Source: Balanoglossus misakiensis (lineage: Eukaryota; Animalia; Hemichordata). Taken from it: a stretch of DNA of 64,000 bases. The position numbers and the translations under genes are program-made. Shown here piece by piece: positions 1 through 14,300 of this stretch; position 1 is the first letter of the stretch; the number at the start of each line of letters is the position of its first letter. The notes beneath the pieces were generated by a model, which saw only the letters and a list, made by a program, of their open reading frames with translations, did not search any database and had not been told where the DNA came from. Location: positions 3,350,010 through 3,414,009 of the forward strand of contig CM082584.2 in assembly GCA_040954595.2 (NCBI GenBank). The letters run 5' to 3'.

Positions 1-704
1 GCTTTAATAGGAACATCTAATCTACCATGAACTGATTACTAATAAAGGTGTAGGATTAGTTACATGTACATATACATGTATGGCTAGGACTTAAGATATA
101 ATTGCTTTGTGCATGAAACTTCATACCATAATAAACAACTAAGTAAATTTGTAATGAAATACATCCAGTTGGAATACTTTTAAGGCACATTAGCTGCAAC
201 TGCTTGATATTTGTCATTCTCAAAATGTCTTTCGATAGGCAAGGAATTTGTTTTCAGTTTAAAATAATATTCTAACACTTTTCATATACAAAAATAGAGA
301 ATATATTGTCACAGTAGAGTAAATTCAAATCCATACATTTCCATTCATGTCCTGTAGATGGCACAATGTTATGTCTGTAAAGATTGTATGTACTATTTCA
401 ACTGTTTATTGTATACTTTCATGAATGTGTTTGAGAAGGACATCCATTTATTATTTATTTATTTTATGCAAATTTGTAAAATTTACATTCCCATTTCATG
501 ATCAATACTGTTACAGATCCCTTAAATAGTACATTTACAGAACCAATTATAGTTTGAATGTAAAATAGAGAATAACGTGCTCTTCTGCCTTTAATTTTTA
601 TCCATTCATATATCTGTTTATGATATTGTTTTCTCATACTGTTATCACTTTACTTTTTTCCTTACATTCAATAGTTTTAATAATTCAGGTGTTATAAAGA
701 TTGA

Positions 705-3090
705 TTGAGTTATTACGGTGATAGAAGAATCACTGTACAGGAAGCTCTATCTCACCCATTTATAAATACAGACAGTGATATACAATCAGTAAAGCCAAGC
801 CAAAGAGATGTACCATCTGCCCAGGTACAACAAAGTGCTCAAGACGTTCCCACTACATCCATCACTCAGACAGCCAGTGGAAGCGATGCTGCCAGTGAGC
901 CAAAAGATGCCAACTTTGTCACCCCATCATCTGGCCAGTCGATGCTCACAGAATCTGTCGACACAGCCAGGGATAGCGAACAGGAAACTATCTCCCCATC
1001 ATCTGGTCATCTTGAAAATAAAAAGCCTAGTGTGACTCTGGCTGCTGCAGTCAAAGATCCTGCCACTATGGAATCCAAAGTTGAAAAGTCGGAATCCATC
1101 ACTGTAGCCAGGGATAGCAAACAGGAAACTTCAGTCGTTCTGTCGCCAACTTGTGTCAAAAAGGGGAACAGTACACAGGTTTCTGAAGCTCAAAATCAGC
1201 AGCCACTCGATAACATGAAGAAGGAACTTACCATGCAGGTACCTGACAAGCCAATAATGCAATCAGCTGAAGTCAAGGATCAAATGGACATTATACAGAC
1301 AGCTGATGTCAGAAGCTTTCCTACGTTGAATCAGATGTTGGAGCAGACATCTGAAACAGCTGAACCTGATACAGACAATAGAGGTACCTATATTTTATTT
1401 GCAAGTAAGTAGCGTTATAATGTGGAACCTCGTTCGTAATAACAATCAACAGTGCAGTTACAGTATCGTCTTAGATGGTGCAGAATTTTGACCAATATTG
1501 TAACAGTTTAAGAAAGGTTTGTTTGTCTCAAGCTGATGTGTATTCAAGAAACCAGACAGACAAACATGTAAAAATGTGACCTTGATGCGAAGAAAAAATT
1601 GATTAATACAGTCAAAACCTGTCAAAACTGGACACCAAAGGAACTAAGAATATTATGTTTGTTATTTTGTAGACATGTCTGGTTTATAGAGGTTCTTTTA
1701 AAAGTTTTATGTGAAGGGGACTAAAAACAGTGTTTGGTATAGACAGGATTTCAGATGAGACAGGTTTCAGTTTAGACAGATTTTACTGTAGACAGATCCC
1801 TTGATATCTCCTACTTTGAGCATCAAACGTGAAACAATTCTAATATTATTGCAGCTCAACCTAAGAAGAAAGCACGTCGTAGGATTGGCTCATTTGGAAG
1901 AATTCTGCTTAGTGCATTTTGTATGACAGTTGATGTCGACACTGGTGATGATGAGAATACTGAAAGAAATACAGGAACTAAGAAAGAAGGCCGTACACAT
2001 GGTGTTAAAGGTAGGCAACATTTCTTGACTGTTCAAATGGTTTTTGGCTCTCGTTTGCTATATAGATGTACCGGTATACATGTATATTGCAAGGAAGCTA
2101 CATGTAATAGTATTTAATATTCAACTGAATCTCTGTAAAAATATCACTTTCTGCTCAGATGAAAGTGCCAGGGATGATGCATCTCAGAAAAAAAATCGAA
2201 AAGAAAAGGCGACTCCCAAAAATCTGGAAGAAAAACAGGACATCTCAGAAATAAACATGCCAATTATAAATACTAAAGGTAGGTAGTCTTCTATGGTTGG
2301 TCAAAATATTTTTCCTCAGATATACAAGATGTATTTTAAGAAATGCCAGAAAACATAGTTAAGGCTTGGCCCATCTATCCAGCAATTCTTCAAATGATAT
2401 TGGGAGATATCTAAAATGTTACACATTAAGAGATATTTCATATTTCATGACTATGATTCAATATGATGGGGTTGCTGGATGTCTAAAAACAACACAGAAA
2501 TGCCATAACAGATTTCCTTCGAAATTGCTGGAACAGATTCTTGTGGTTACATTCCCCAAAGAAGAAGAAATATGGAAAGTAAAAATAGTGTTTGCTCCTC
2601 ACATTATTCACATCCTGATCAGTAAATTCTTTCTTTACTGTTATTGTTTTTTCATTTGTCACTTACTCAAAAGCAAATGTCACTTCTTCTAAAGCAACTG
2701 AAAGACATACACTTGCATTGGATGTATTTCCACCAAAATTACATTTATACTGGTAATACTTGTGAAAGTCAAAGGGAACATTCTCAGTAAATTATGTGCA
2801 GACAGAAAAAGCAAATGCTGTTATAACAAACATAGGTCAATAAAGTGCTGACACATGATGTATTCAGATTCAGTATGTCAATCACATCTTGCTCAAAAAT
2901 TGAGTATTTTTCTACAGAAACATATTCCTGTCATCTTTTACTGGTCATAATTTGTAATTGTTCTGTTTTTATTCTACCAGACTTGAAACAAGACATGTTG
3001 GATACCCAAGACAGATCCAGGTCATGTCATGATAATGAAAGGACAGCGTTTGAACATTTGGGAAATATTGAAGAAGAGCTGGACTATTGA
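705..3090 (+). CDS. 3' exons of a protein kinase-like gene (kinase C-terminal motif followed by a long low-complexity tail); exons about 705-1383, 1855-2010, 2159-2278, 2981-3090
   Basis: RRITVQEALSHPFI resembles kinase subdomain XI (RIT..EAL.HPF). GT-AG phase-1 junctions join the four exons in frame to TGA at 3088-3090; AATAAA near 3703. The 5' edge of the first exon is unclear (in-frame TGA at 702-704). Confidence 0.55.
1609..1788. mobile_element. Tc1/mariner-type MITE in an intron
   Basis: TA-CAGTCAAAACCTGTC ... GACAGATTTTACTG-TA; imperfect TIRs with TA flanks. Confidence 0.55.
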
Positions 3091-5282
3091 ATTGTCTGAG
3101 AAGTGGTGAGTGTCTTCTGCACCAATGACGCACACGATCACCACAGGTGCAGTGCGCCCTCTATAGACACATGTAACTGTGCTGGCCAGTATGACAAGCG
3201 ATACCACTGATGCTGTGTTCCCTTTAAAGTCTCTGTAACGTTTGCCGCGCCTACAAAACCACCACAGTGAGACACTGGTGTAGTGTGCTGCTCTAAACCA
3301 ATAAAGGGTGTGATACAACCGATGATGTTAATGTGCCAACTGAACCAGAGCAATGAAGCACTTGGGCAATGAAGACTTCCAGTGACGTTAAAACAGAACT
3401 ATTTAATGAAAACTCAGTCTCTTTTTACAAATTGTCTCATTGACCTCCAACCCAAAACTTTCATATTTACAACTGAATTGATATTGGGGAATAGCATTTT
3501 TGATTTTGATTTTCAGTAATAAATTGCATAATCAATTTTGTTGTTGTTTTTGTTGTTGATGATGATGGTGATGATGAAGATGATAATATTGGGATTTTTT
3601 TTAATTTCTAAGCCTGGAAAATCACATAGAAGCTCCAGGAACTTTGAGCTGTTTTGCATTTGAGAGGAACCACCTGTACTTTTGTGCTTGTTTAAGCTGA
3701 ACAATAAACTTGCTACGTTTTCCCGTGTATACCGTAATTATGTAAAGGACAATTCTCATCATAAATCAATCAATTACCTTCAAAAATCCAGTTCAACTTT
3801 CAAATATGTTTTCTCTTTCATACAGCCTGATCCGGTTTCAGAAATAATTTATGTAAATTGACCATTTCAAACAACAGACACGCCAGTGGAAATGGTGTAA
3901 CATCAGGCGTCAAGACAAAACAAAGCATATGTTATTCAAGGTAAATTTATTTACAGGCAGTGGATGCCTAGTGATAAGTTGCTATATATACATATTTAAA
4001 TTTGTTCAGTTTGAATCTCAAGATTGCTGTCATGGTAGTTGTTGGTACGCTGTATTGTGACACTTTGGAATGTACAGTTTGTAAAGGAGAAATAAAACTT
4101 GTCGCCTTGTTTGGGACAACCTTGTTTGAAGTCAAGTGGACACATGGTTATGATTGAGGTATGTTGGTGCATAATAGGATTTGAACTGCATGATTTTAAT
4201 ATTTCCTGTGTGAAAGATTAGACTAAAAAAAGGGGAAAACTTGGTTTTGATAACCCATATATATTCAATCATGGTCACTCCACATTGTGATTCAAGTAAG
4301 CTTGAACTTTTTACAATCATGCAAAGATTTAAAAGTTTCCCACCTGTGTAGATACTGGTACCTGGTTTTTGAACATAATTATATTAGAACTGTAACCAGG
4401 TGGAAATTGATGAATATAAATGTTTTCTTGAGAAGTGGAATAAAAAAATTTGTGCCAAACGTTTATTAAATAATGATTGCATATCACCTCTACATGTATG
4501 GTTATAAAGGCATGTCTATGTCTTTGATTAAAAAAGTGGACTATGATGACATCTGTGAATATGCTCTAGCAACCAAACCCTTTTGCAGCCTATCCTGGGC
4601 TGTTGAAAACGCCCGAAAGCCATGTTTAACTTCCTGTGTCTCAACAATTTGCATGGTGACTCCCTATTTTTTGGCCTTACCTGGGTAAATTGATTTGATA
4701 TATTTCAAGTTTTAAAAAAGTCTAGAAGACTAAGAAGTGAAAAAAAATTATGTAAAAGTGGATTTTTATACAATTCTGTTTCATTTATGCGATTATACTG
4801 ATCAAGATAAAATCTCAAAATTGCTAAAAGTAACATATTCATTAAGTTTACATTCTATAATGGTGAAAAAATGACCCTCCCAAAATACTTATTTATGAAG
4901 CCATTTTACAAAGGTCTATGAACACTGGCAAAGGCTGGAAGAGGTACTAAATAGAGATCGCTTTTCCCAAAAATCCAGCTTGTTGACTCCCAATTTTTAT
5001 TCCATAGATTAGATGTTTAGAAGTCATAGTATCATCCAGGGAGTATCATCAGTATTAATTTCAACATGATCAGATGACCTTTCATTTCGAGGTGCGTAAC
5101 ACCTTACAAAGTTAATTGCCCTACCACTGCACATGCGCAATAAGTAGGCAAATACAGTAGGATGAAAACTTGTCGTCTGGTCAGACTTCAACTGGAAAGC
5201 GATAGATTCCAGCAGTTTTCCTCAAATTGTTGTTAGGCTAATTGGTCTGTAGTTACCTGGTTCTGATTTACTGCCTTTCTTA

Positions 5283-5985
5283 AAAACCATATTCTACTCT
5301 TGGTCTCACCAGTTGCTTATACAATCTCTTAATTATGTCTGTTGATTTGTGGGTAATAGTTCTTTTGATGATGCCTAACATGTTATTAGCCTTTTTTGCT
5401 GCCTGGATACACTGTGTTGAAGGTTTGAGGCTAGAATGTACTGTTACACCAAGATCTTTTTCCTCATCTGTGTGCTGCAATGGTATGTTCTACAAGGTTC
5501 TTTTCATACATGATCTTTGCATACTTAATTTCACTCTTCACTTTCTTCTGTTGTCTTTTGTATTCTTCATACACTTCTGAATTGTTTGTTTGGGTATATT
5601 TGTGCCATAGCTTCCTTTTCTTTCTGACAGATCGAAGTACCTTCCTTGTCATCCAGTGTGGTTTCATGCGTTTACTGCGTTGTTTCATGGGGATGCAAAT
5701 ATCAATTGTATTTTGGATGATATTTCTCATGTGACACCACATCTCATTGGCTGACTTTTCACTAAGTTCCTCTTCCCAGTTGACTGATCCCAAAATATTT
5801 TGGAGTTTGTCTATGTCTGCATTTTTCCAGTCTGGTATTAGTCCTGTTGCAGGTTGAGATTCAGTCTGTACATGGATTTTAAATTCAATCATAAGGTGAT
5901 CACTGTTCCCAAGATGACCTATGACATTGACTTCGCTTATCATATCAGGTTCAGTTGAAAGAATCAAGTCCAAGCAGTTGTCCAT
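5283..5985 (-). mobile_element. CR1/L2-group non-LTR retrotransposon remnant with an internal deletion
   Basis: The endonuclease end (LDLILS..HLGNSDHLMIEF) and linker (PHWMT..RKKRKLW) directly abut the RT C-terminal region (EKDLGVTV..ANNMLGIIKR..LVRPRVEY); the RT core is missing. Confidence 0.8.
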
Positions 5986-7690
5986 ACTGAAGCGAAAATC
6001 AAAAATCAAAAACGACAAAGAAAAAAGAGAAGCTAATTAAAGCTGCAAGCAGCATTGGAGGGGCCCAAGCATAGAGTTAATAACCATTAGACTCCATTCA
6101 GGGTTGTACCATTCAAATGCGTAGGCTGTATTTGCTCTGGATGTGGAGATATGGGGAAGTAGGCAACCACCCGAAATGGGTGTCTAACAAGTACAAACAC
6201 AACAACCAAAGGTGAACTTCTACGTTGTAAGTACTTCAGTAAGTATACTTCAAAGGTCAGCTGAGGGTACCCAAAAATTGGGCCAAAAATTAGGATTCTT
6301 ATTTGGTTCATATTCAAGACAACGGAAAATCCTCGCTGTTTGGGTTTGTCAAATTAGATATGGCCATAATAATGAGTTACACAAGTAAGTTAATACAGGT
6401 GGCCCCAGGAATTTAGCATTTCATGACGCAGAGGGTCCTACCCTACCCCTCCAAACACCTGACAAAAAATTTTCATTCCTGTTTATGTCATGTGCAACAA
6501 ATCCTACATTTGCAGCCCTTTCACTTTGCCTACCATTAGGTATGCACGTAATACATGAATCGTGATTTTCCAAGGACTACTGCAACCCGCCAGAAGTGAG
6601 TAGCCTGCTAATGAGATCTCCACAACATTACGTAATGATGGTCAAAGTCCGATGCCCCAGTGTCCGTCCTCAGCCCACCAAAAAATGCGAAAAAATATTA
6701 CAAAAATCTTCTTCTCAAAATCGACGTGGCCTAGGACCTTGAAATTTGGCACAGGGGATTTTGGCCACATGGTCTACAAAAATCGCGAAAAGAATGTACA
6801 TGCCCCCATTAACGTGCAAATTAGGTCAATTTGAAAATTTCGCTCGATTATAGCCACAAAGTCACGTGACTATTTACAAATTCAAAGGGCAGGTGCACCA
6901 GTACTCATGGGCCCCAACCACCGTGCCAAATTTGGTAGGCGCAGCTGCCGGAATTTCAGAGAAAAACGGGCGCAAAAAAACGACTCAAGAAGATGGAAGA
7001 AAAACTGCAGCAATAACTAAAAAAGAAGCAACTCACGCTCACGTCCACCTGGCTGGTACCAAAAGAAATGAAGAAACGAAGCTCCACGAGGACGTCGAAC
7101 GATGAAAAAAACACCTGTAGAAATACTCTTCTTGGATTGGATAGAACACACCAGTAACAACCAATGATCTTAGCCAAAAGGCCGAGAAGCGATACTGGCT
7201 GTCGGCCCGGAACTCTAGATGGTATCAAGCTCAACAAAACTTTGATTGGTTTGATTGGTTGATAAGTTGGCTCTTTAATCAAGGTCGCATGTTTTATTTT
7301 TTTACAAATCAAAACGGCTAGTTATACTTTGCGAAACAACGAAACAGCGAAACAGCGAAACGACGAAACCATTATTAAAATAGGGGCCAGTCATCAAGAC
7401 GGTGGCGTATGATTTTTTTAAAAGTTTCCAAATTAAAACGTAAGCGAGCCAAGAAAACTATAGGTCAGATAAATTGTTTTCTCGGAAATTCAACATTAGA
7501 ATCAAATTTGGCGTTGGAAACAAACGGCGGGTCGCCAGTTCCTGGTCTGCGGATTGGTACGAGTGGTAGAGTCTTGTGCGCGCAAACGATTCATGCCAAA
7601 CTGCTACATATACCGTACACAGTGAATACGTGCGCGCACAACGAAACCACAAAAGATCGAAACCTCAAAATGCGGCATCAAGGCGGGGAG

Positions 7691-8892
7691 GAAAGTGATT
7701 AATGTGCGGGTTGCGGGCTGCGGGCTGACAATGAATAAAAATAAAATCAGAATAAAAATCGCAGCGATGATCGAATGCATCTCTGTGTCACGTTGTGGTT
7801 GTGAAATGATCTGATATAATGCTGATATGTTCGGATCGACATGGTTTCCATGCAGTGGCTGATTACTCCCACGGATAGCTGCAATGATTGTAGCGGGTGC
7901 TGCTAGGTGCATAACCGCTACAAGGCCTTGTGTGTAATTTTCCAATCAACTTTCGGTCGTCAGCTCAGTTACGGGGTTTAACTCTTACCTCCGGTAACAT
8001 TTGAAAACCGAACGGGTGCATCCCCCCTCAAAAAAACACCTCCGACGGCAAAATTTCCCCCAAAATTGTCCTGCTTCCATTAAAAAAACGATAAATCTAC
8101 TGCAGTTTCACCGATGTGTTCCGCCATGTTAGAGCAAACATGGCGGACAAAGTTTGTAAACATCGGCGAAACTTCAGTGGATGTATCATTTTTAATGGAA
8201 GCAGGACATTTGGGGGAAAATTTGAGCGTCGGAGGTGTTTTTTTTTTGGGGGGGATGCAACCTATCGGTTTTCAAATGTTATCGGAGGTAAGAGTTAAAC
8301 CCCATAACTGAGCTGACGACCGAAAGTTGATTGGAAAATTACACACAAGGCCTTGTAGCGGTTATGCTGCACACCAGTCAACCAAGCAGCACTGGCCGCT
8401 ACAATCATTGCAGCTATCCCACGGACAGCTAGCTGCGGGCCAACCCCATTCTATATCGTGTAGTTGCAACGACCCGACTTGTGTAGGAACATTTAAACGG
8501 CAACAGAAAGCAAAGTGAGCGTAATTCAATAAAACGACCTATACAAGCCTGAACTCTGATTATTTCTGGTCCCAAAACTCCTTTCGTGAAAAACTCACTG
8601 GAGTCAGTGTTTACGTATTTCAGCGAGTACTACCGCTGGAAGTGACTGGGATTATGGCCGATTAATTTATGCTAATGAGGCCGCGCACACAGTAGTGAGT
8701 GTGAGGGTCAAAGTCCGCCGCCGGAGTTGTGGCGCAAATCGCGTAAATTGAACTTCTGGGAAGCAATCATTTGATCGTTTCTGTTGACATATAATATTAT
8801 TATTCTTTCATTATCAAAACACAACTATATTTTACGACCCGTAATCGGCGACCCGCAGCCCGCAGCCCGCAACCCGCAATTTAACGCTTCCC
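7691..8892 (+). mobile_element. Non-autonomous MULE-like TIR element, copy 1 (left boundary of the putative composite)
   Basis: Left end GAAAGTGATTAATGTGCGGGTTGCGGG, right end CCCGCAACCCGCAATTTAACGCTTCCC; colinear with 35480-36249; preceded by GGCGGGGAG (7682-7690). The MULE assignment is inferred from the 9-bp duplication. Confidence 0.75.
7876..8416. mobile_element. Long palindromic MITE nested in MULE-like copy 1
   Basis: TAGCTGCAATGATTGTAGCGG ... CCGCTACAATCATTGCAGCTA with about 250-bp inverted arms; flanked by TCCCACGGA on both sides; the empty site CTCCCACGGACAGC is present in copy 2. Confidence 0.8.
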
Positions 8893-10073
8893 ACTTTCAA
8901 AGATGTGACCACTTTTCCGTTGTGATGAGGTGTATGTTCCATCGCTTACATACAGTGCCATCAGCTCTCCTACGCTAAAGGTATAGCACTAACTCGCAGG
9001 AACAGAACATCGCTCTCCGTATCCATCTGGCCAAAAAGAACGGCGATTGACGTGTCAGCGGAGAGTTTTGCGAAGGGTGCAACTACCAGAAAACAAAACT
9101 AAGCGTATATCGAAGGACAGAGTAAGTTGGTTCAAAATGTTAACATTCTTCATTTCATTCCCGCTGCCTCAATGATATACGATCACCCATGCAAATTTAA
9201 CCACAGATATCACGGTAAGCGGGGATGTACATGTAGCCAATCGCTGATTTTCACGTGGTGGCCACGCGAAGAAAGTGCGCCACTACACGGTAATCCGAAG
9301 CCTAGACACGCTCTCTTCAAGAATATACAACGCATATGTAAATTAAAAGGGGTTGCAATCCTTTAGCAGATCCATGCTTTCTCATTTGGTCGGCACGAAT
9401 TTCAAGATGGCGGATTTCTGACATTTTATGAAGTCGAAGACTGTCGCTTCTTATGCTCTTTGAAGCTGGTTTACATTGTAAAACAGTTGCAATTTGACTA
9501 ATTTTATGATTTAGTGTCCATGACCAATGGCCCTGTGTTTAGAATATTAAATGCTACATACATCTATAATACATCATTGGAAAAGCCATTCGAAAATCTA
9601 AGGTTTAGGTAGATGTACTATGCTAGTCAACCGTCTCCCGTATCCCATTCCTATTTCGTCAGTAAGCGTGTAGAAGCGTGTAACAGCAAACCTAAACAGG
9701 GACAAAGCCTGAGAATTTTCAATGTTAAAGGGACAAAGTCTCTCTCTCGCCGCCCTTTTCCCAATAATTGTGTTTGATACAAGACACCGTTTATGTTATT
9801 CTACGTGTGAATATATAGGGAATCAACGTTCGACCACACACAACTTTCATCCCATTAGCAGGATATGAGAGTAAAAATCTCGCCAAAATGAATAAATGGT
9901 AGAGACCGATTATTCAGTTTGGCGAGTTTATTTACTATCGTGTTTGTTGTCGTGTTGTCTACTATCTTTACTCCCGCACCTGTCTTTAAAAGGGTTTGGG
10001 TAGACTTATTGAAACCACGCGCCATTTTGACCTAAAATTGTGAGTTTTTTTGGCATATCCGCAAGGTTCTTAA

Positions 10074-10490
10074 AGATGTACGACCAGTAAAATTGAAAGT
10101 ATTGTCATTTCTTTTAATTGTGGATTTTTGTTTTCTTATTTATGTGTATAATGAAAATCCGTAATAAAATGTAGGGGTCACTGCGCTTGTTTTTGAAATA
10201 CAGAGCCATGAATTTAGTCGAAAATAGAAGAAAATTGCTGACTCAGCATTTTTCACCAATGGTTTGTCTATGGACAAATATTTTAACGAAATTTATCTCA
10301 AAATAGAGCGCAGTGACCACACGATTTTATTTGACCAATGAATTTATATTTACTGGACTGAGCTATGTGTAAAATTTCATGAAAATGACAATAGTAGAAG
10401 TGGGTTTTCTAGCTATTCTCAATATAATCCTATGGCCCAGAAAAAGACGAATGCGCTCAGTTTTCCAGTTTATGTTCTGCGTGTACATCC
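10074..10490. mobile_element. TTAA-flanked non-autonomous DNA element (Kolobok-like MITE)
   Basis: TTAA-AGATGTAC ... GTACATCC-TTAA; internal inverted repeat GGTCACTGCGCT / AGCGCAGTGACC. Confidence 0.5.
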
Positions 10491-10705
10491 TTAAAGAAAT
10501 CAAATATTCACGGCCTCACAATCACACCAACAACAGTGAATTACCAAGTAAGGTAAAATAAATCAGATAGACGTTGTCATTACAATATAGTCGAATATCA
10601 CGATTAACATTTCATGTTTTTGAAAAATAAACAACAGTGGCCAGTGATGGCGCCTCATCGACATGAATGCATCCAATATACAAACAAACTCAGGTTTCGG
10701 TTGTT

Positions 10706-11361
10706 TTAGTTGTTTATCATTGTATCCTCGATCCAGGTGATCACATTTGGCACGTATCCGTACAGACCCGGTTTGTTGGGCACGGCGCAACCGTGGGTGA
10801 CACGGTCTCCAATGACACCGACCAGGTAATATCTGTCTTCAGATGCCATGTAGTACATCATGGGGCCACCATCGTCTCCCTGGATTAAGAGAGATTAATT
10901 TTTCTGTTACAAACTTTCAGAATGGGGGGCGACGCAGTATCTCTGTATCTCGCGAACTTCCATTTCATAAGCATGGCAAAAATCGGCCATCTTGAAATTG
11001 TGTCCACCATACGAGATTTTAATGACTCACCTAGGTACTAAACCCTATTTAATATAGGTAGTGCCTAGATAGTTTATTTCATCAGGCTAGGGGATCAAAT
11101 TACAACAATGTTTTGAGCGTGGCGTGGACACGAGCAATGTGAGCTTTCAAATGCGGGGGTCACGATTTACTTACATTGCAGACATCTTCCCCTCCGGTGC
11201 CTTCGCCACAAATCAAGCTGGGAGTCACATCACCATTCCAACGCGATGGGTCGTTGCAGTAATCTCTGTCGTAGATGACAATGCTTTGTTGCAGAAGAAC
11301 TGGACTACCTGTATCCAAAGAGAATTGATTACCCATTGAGAAAAAAAATTACTGAAACTTG

Positions 11362-11399
<38 letters not shown>

Positions 11400-14300
11400 C
11401 CCGCCACTCAGTGTTGTGTCTTCTATTGGTTTGAAATTCAAACAAAACCTCTCCTTGCCCTTTCCAAACATCAAGCTGACTCAAGCTAATGATAAGCCTC
11501 CCCAGTATACAGGCTGAATTTAACCGTTTCTGTATAAATAGAAAAAAAAGAGAAAGACAAAAATAGAAAAAAAAGAGAAAGACAAAAATTACATATACAG
11601 ATGTATATACCTGAGATGCTATCGCCGAATCCAGTGATGTACGTGGCGGTACCATTGGAGTAGTTGTCATCTTGGTCTGGCAGACAGATGTCCAAGTGCC
11701 AATCATTTATAAACGCAATGGCGCCCCTGATTTTGAGCAGAGCAAAGTTGTAATCGTCCTTGAATGGCGCGTACGAGGGATGGATGTGGATGCTTTCGAC
11801 GTCGTGAATTGTCTCATATGGGTCAGGCTGGGTGTACGCATGGTTACCGGAAACGACGTCGTACACCTGAGGGTTGTTCCTGAACCTGTACGATGCGAAG
11901 TAAAATGCTTGCATTAAAAACAGATGAAACAGATTGTTTTTCAGAGCACTTAGCCAATTTCTCATCGAAAAATAGATGTACTTGGACATCTACATGTAGG
12001 GTATACAATTGATACACAAAATTCAATTTCAGTAAAGTCCTGCCCCACACCAACGAAATCTACTTGGTAACATAAATGTTGACATTATAGTCGTAAAGCC
12101 TTGAGAATGACTTGACTTAATGACTTCCATCTGATCACACACAGAGCATAGTCTCAAAGTTTGACAGAGTTTTATGAGTGACCAAAACAAACTTGCTCCA
12201 TTGGGAAACACTGGAATTTGGGCAAGTCTGGAATTTTGCAGGGTTTAAGGAAATGTCCATCATTGACTATCTGTTTGATCTTAAGCTAAATTAATTGATT
12301 TGTAATGAGCAAGAATCCTTATATGTAGTTAGAGGAGGTATACCACTATCTGTATTTGGCAAAGAGGTGGCGACAATTATTATAATTGTAGCATGCCGGG
12401 TAGTTTGAGAAGCACATGGAAAACTTGAGTGCAGTGTACGGCTTGGCTAATGTCAGATGTGTGGTCTAGTGCCTCTGTGTGCATGAACTGACAGTAAACT
12501 TGTTGTGTTAGAGTCTTATACTCCTTGGAAGTTAGAGTACTTCAATAAACCAAAGGAACCATATATATATATAACTACGCTCGTCTGGATTGTCTATTGA
12601 AGAGTGTAACATACACAAGCCGTGTATTTTCATTAAGCTGGTTAAATCGGAAATTGGATAAGTTTAAAAGCAGAAATATAGTAGTGTATCGTTCAAAAAT
12701 AATTTGACTTCAAGAGTGCACGTCGCTATAGTTACAGGCAAAAATGTAGTGATCTCTGAGTGAGCGGGAAATTGCCTATTGGCCAAAGTCTCTGGATAAT
12801 TCCGGAATTTGTGACGTCCTTTCCTGTAACGGAATACTCACAGGTATATGCAGGTGGCGGCCGTAAGCACCCAGCGGTTGTCCACGATCGTGGCTCCACA
12901 TTTGTGCTTGAAGGATTCTTGGATGGAAGCCTGCAGGAGTAAACCGTTTTTTTTTTGTAAAGCAAACCGTGTTTACCCTCGCGTGACGTGCACAAGGCGA
13001 AACTATGGGATATAACACCGTGGTGTAATAGTAGTACATGTAAATAAGTCTTTTCACACTATGTAATACAACGAAGGGCTCTGCTAGTGAAGCCGAACTA
13101 GACGAGCGGTAAGCTATTTTTTGTGGACTCCAAAGTTGCCAGCATCATTTTTTGGTCAACTGTAAAACCATGTGTATCTCTTTTTACGTGATTGGCAATA
13201 CATGATTGATTGATTAAATTGGTTCATTCTGAGTCAGTTGTTCGCGCTGCCGCAATGGAAATGTTCATAAAGGTGTTTACCATCCAAGGCCAGCTGCCGG
13301 GAACTGCTTCGTATCCACCCACGGAGCCGTTAGGAGGAGCAAGAATTGGGTCGATGACTTGTTGGCCGCATCTTGGAGAGTTACCTGTCAAAGGAAGCCA
13401 TGGCATCAATCTCTGGCATGGGGTTTCAAAGCAATGATGACAACAGAAAAAATTGCGTCAGGGACACGGTGGTCCCATTGAGGGATTACACAAGAAAAAG
13501 TCTACACCGGAGTACATGGCCATATACATACATACATACAGACAGACAGACTCACACACACACACATAGAGAGAGATCAATGGGCAAACACTGACTGACC
13601 CATATAAGCTGCCAATGGCATAGGTACTGTACATACCGGTACACTAAATAGAACAACTGGTCTCTTAAAAGTTATGTAATCATGCAGGAATTTGCTGTGT
13701 ATATATACATCACAGGACGGGGTTCCTTGACCTAATTATAAAGAACTCAATAAAGTAAATACACACCACTTTGCAAAGCAATCTGACCAGTAGTTCTTGG
13801 GTTACCGAGTTTTGATCAAATTCACATTTTTCCAGATAATTTGCATATTTTTGGCAATGGCAACTTCATTTGAACAAACTCCCATCTACAGCCCAACCTG
13901 CATCTGCATACCAAATTTCAAGGTGATACACGCAGCGGTTTTCAAGTTTTTTATGTGGACAGACATACAGACATCCATCCATCCATCCATACATACATAC
14001 ATCCATACATACAGACGCAACTGATCCCATAAGGTCCCATGGTACATACCAATGGGACCCAAAATTTCTTGCCACCTTTAATAAATGTATTTTTCACGTT
14101 GCGCTAGGGAGTCAAAACACATTGTAATGATCACATTGTGGGCAAAAAGTGAGACAATTCACTGTAATAAGAATCAATTATGATGATAACCTGTATTTCA
14201 TGGATACACTCTGCTTGGAGAAGTAGACTTTCAACAAGAAACCCACCTTTTGCCCCATGCAAAAGTTGCCAAAAACGTGAATACGTTTCAGCCACACTAC

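Noticed and set aside
6030-7030. Probable dispersed repeat, with similar-looking fragments near 25690-25940 and 28190-28350
   Set aside because: I could not define termini, TSD or family from this window
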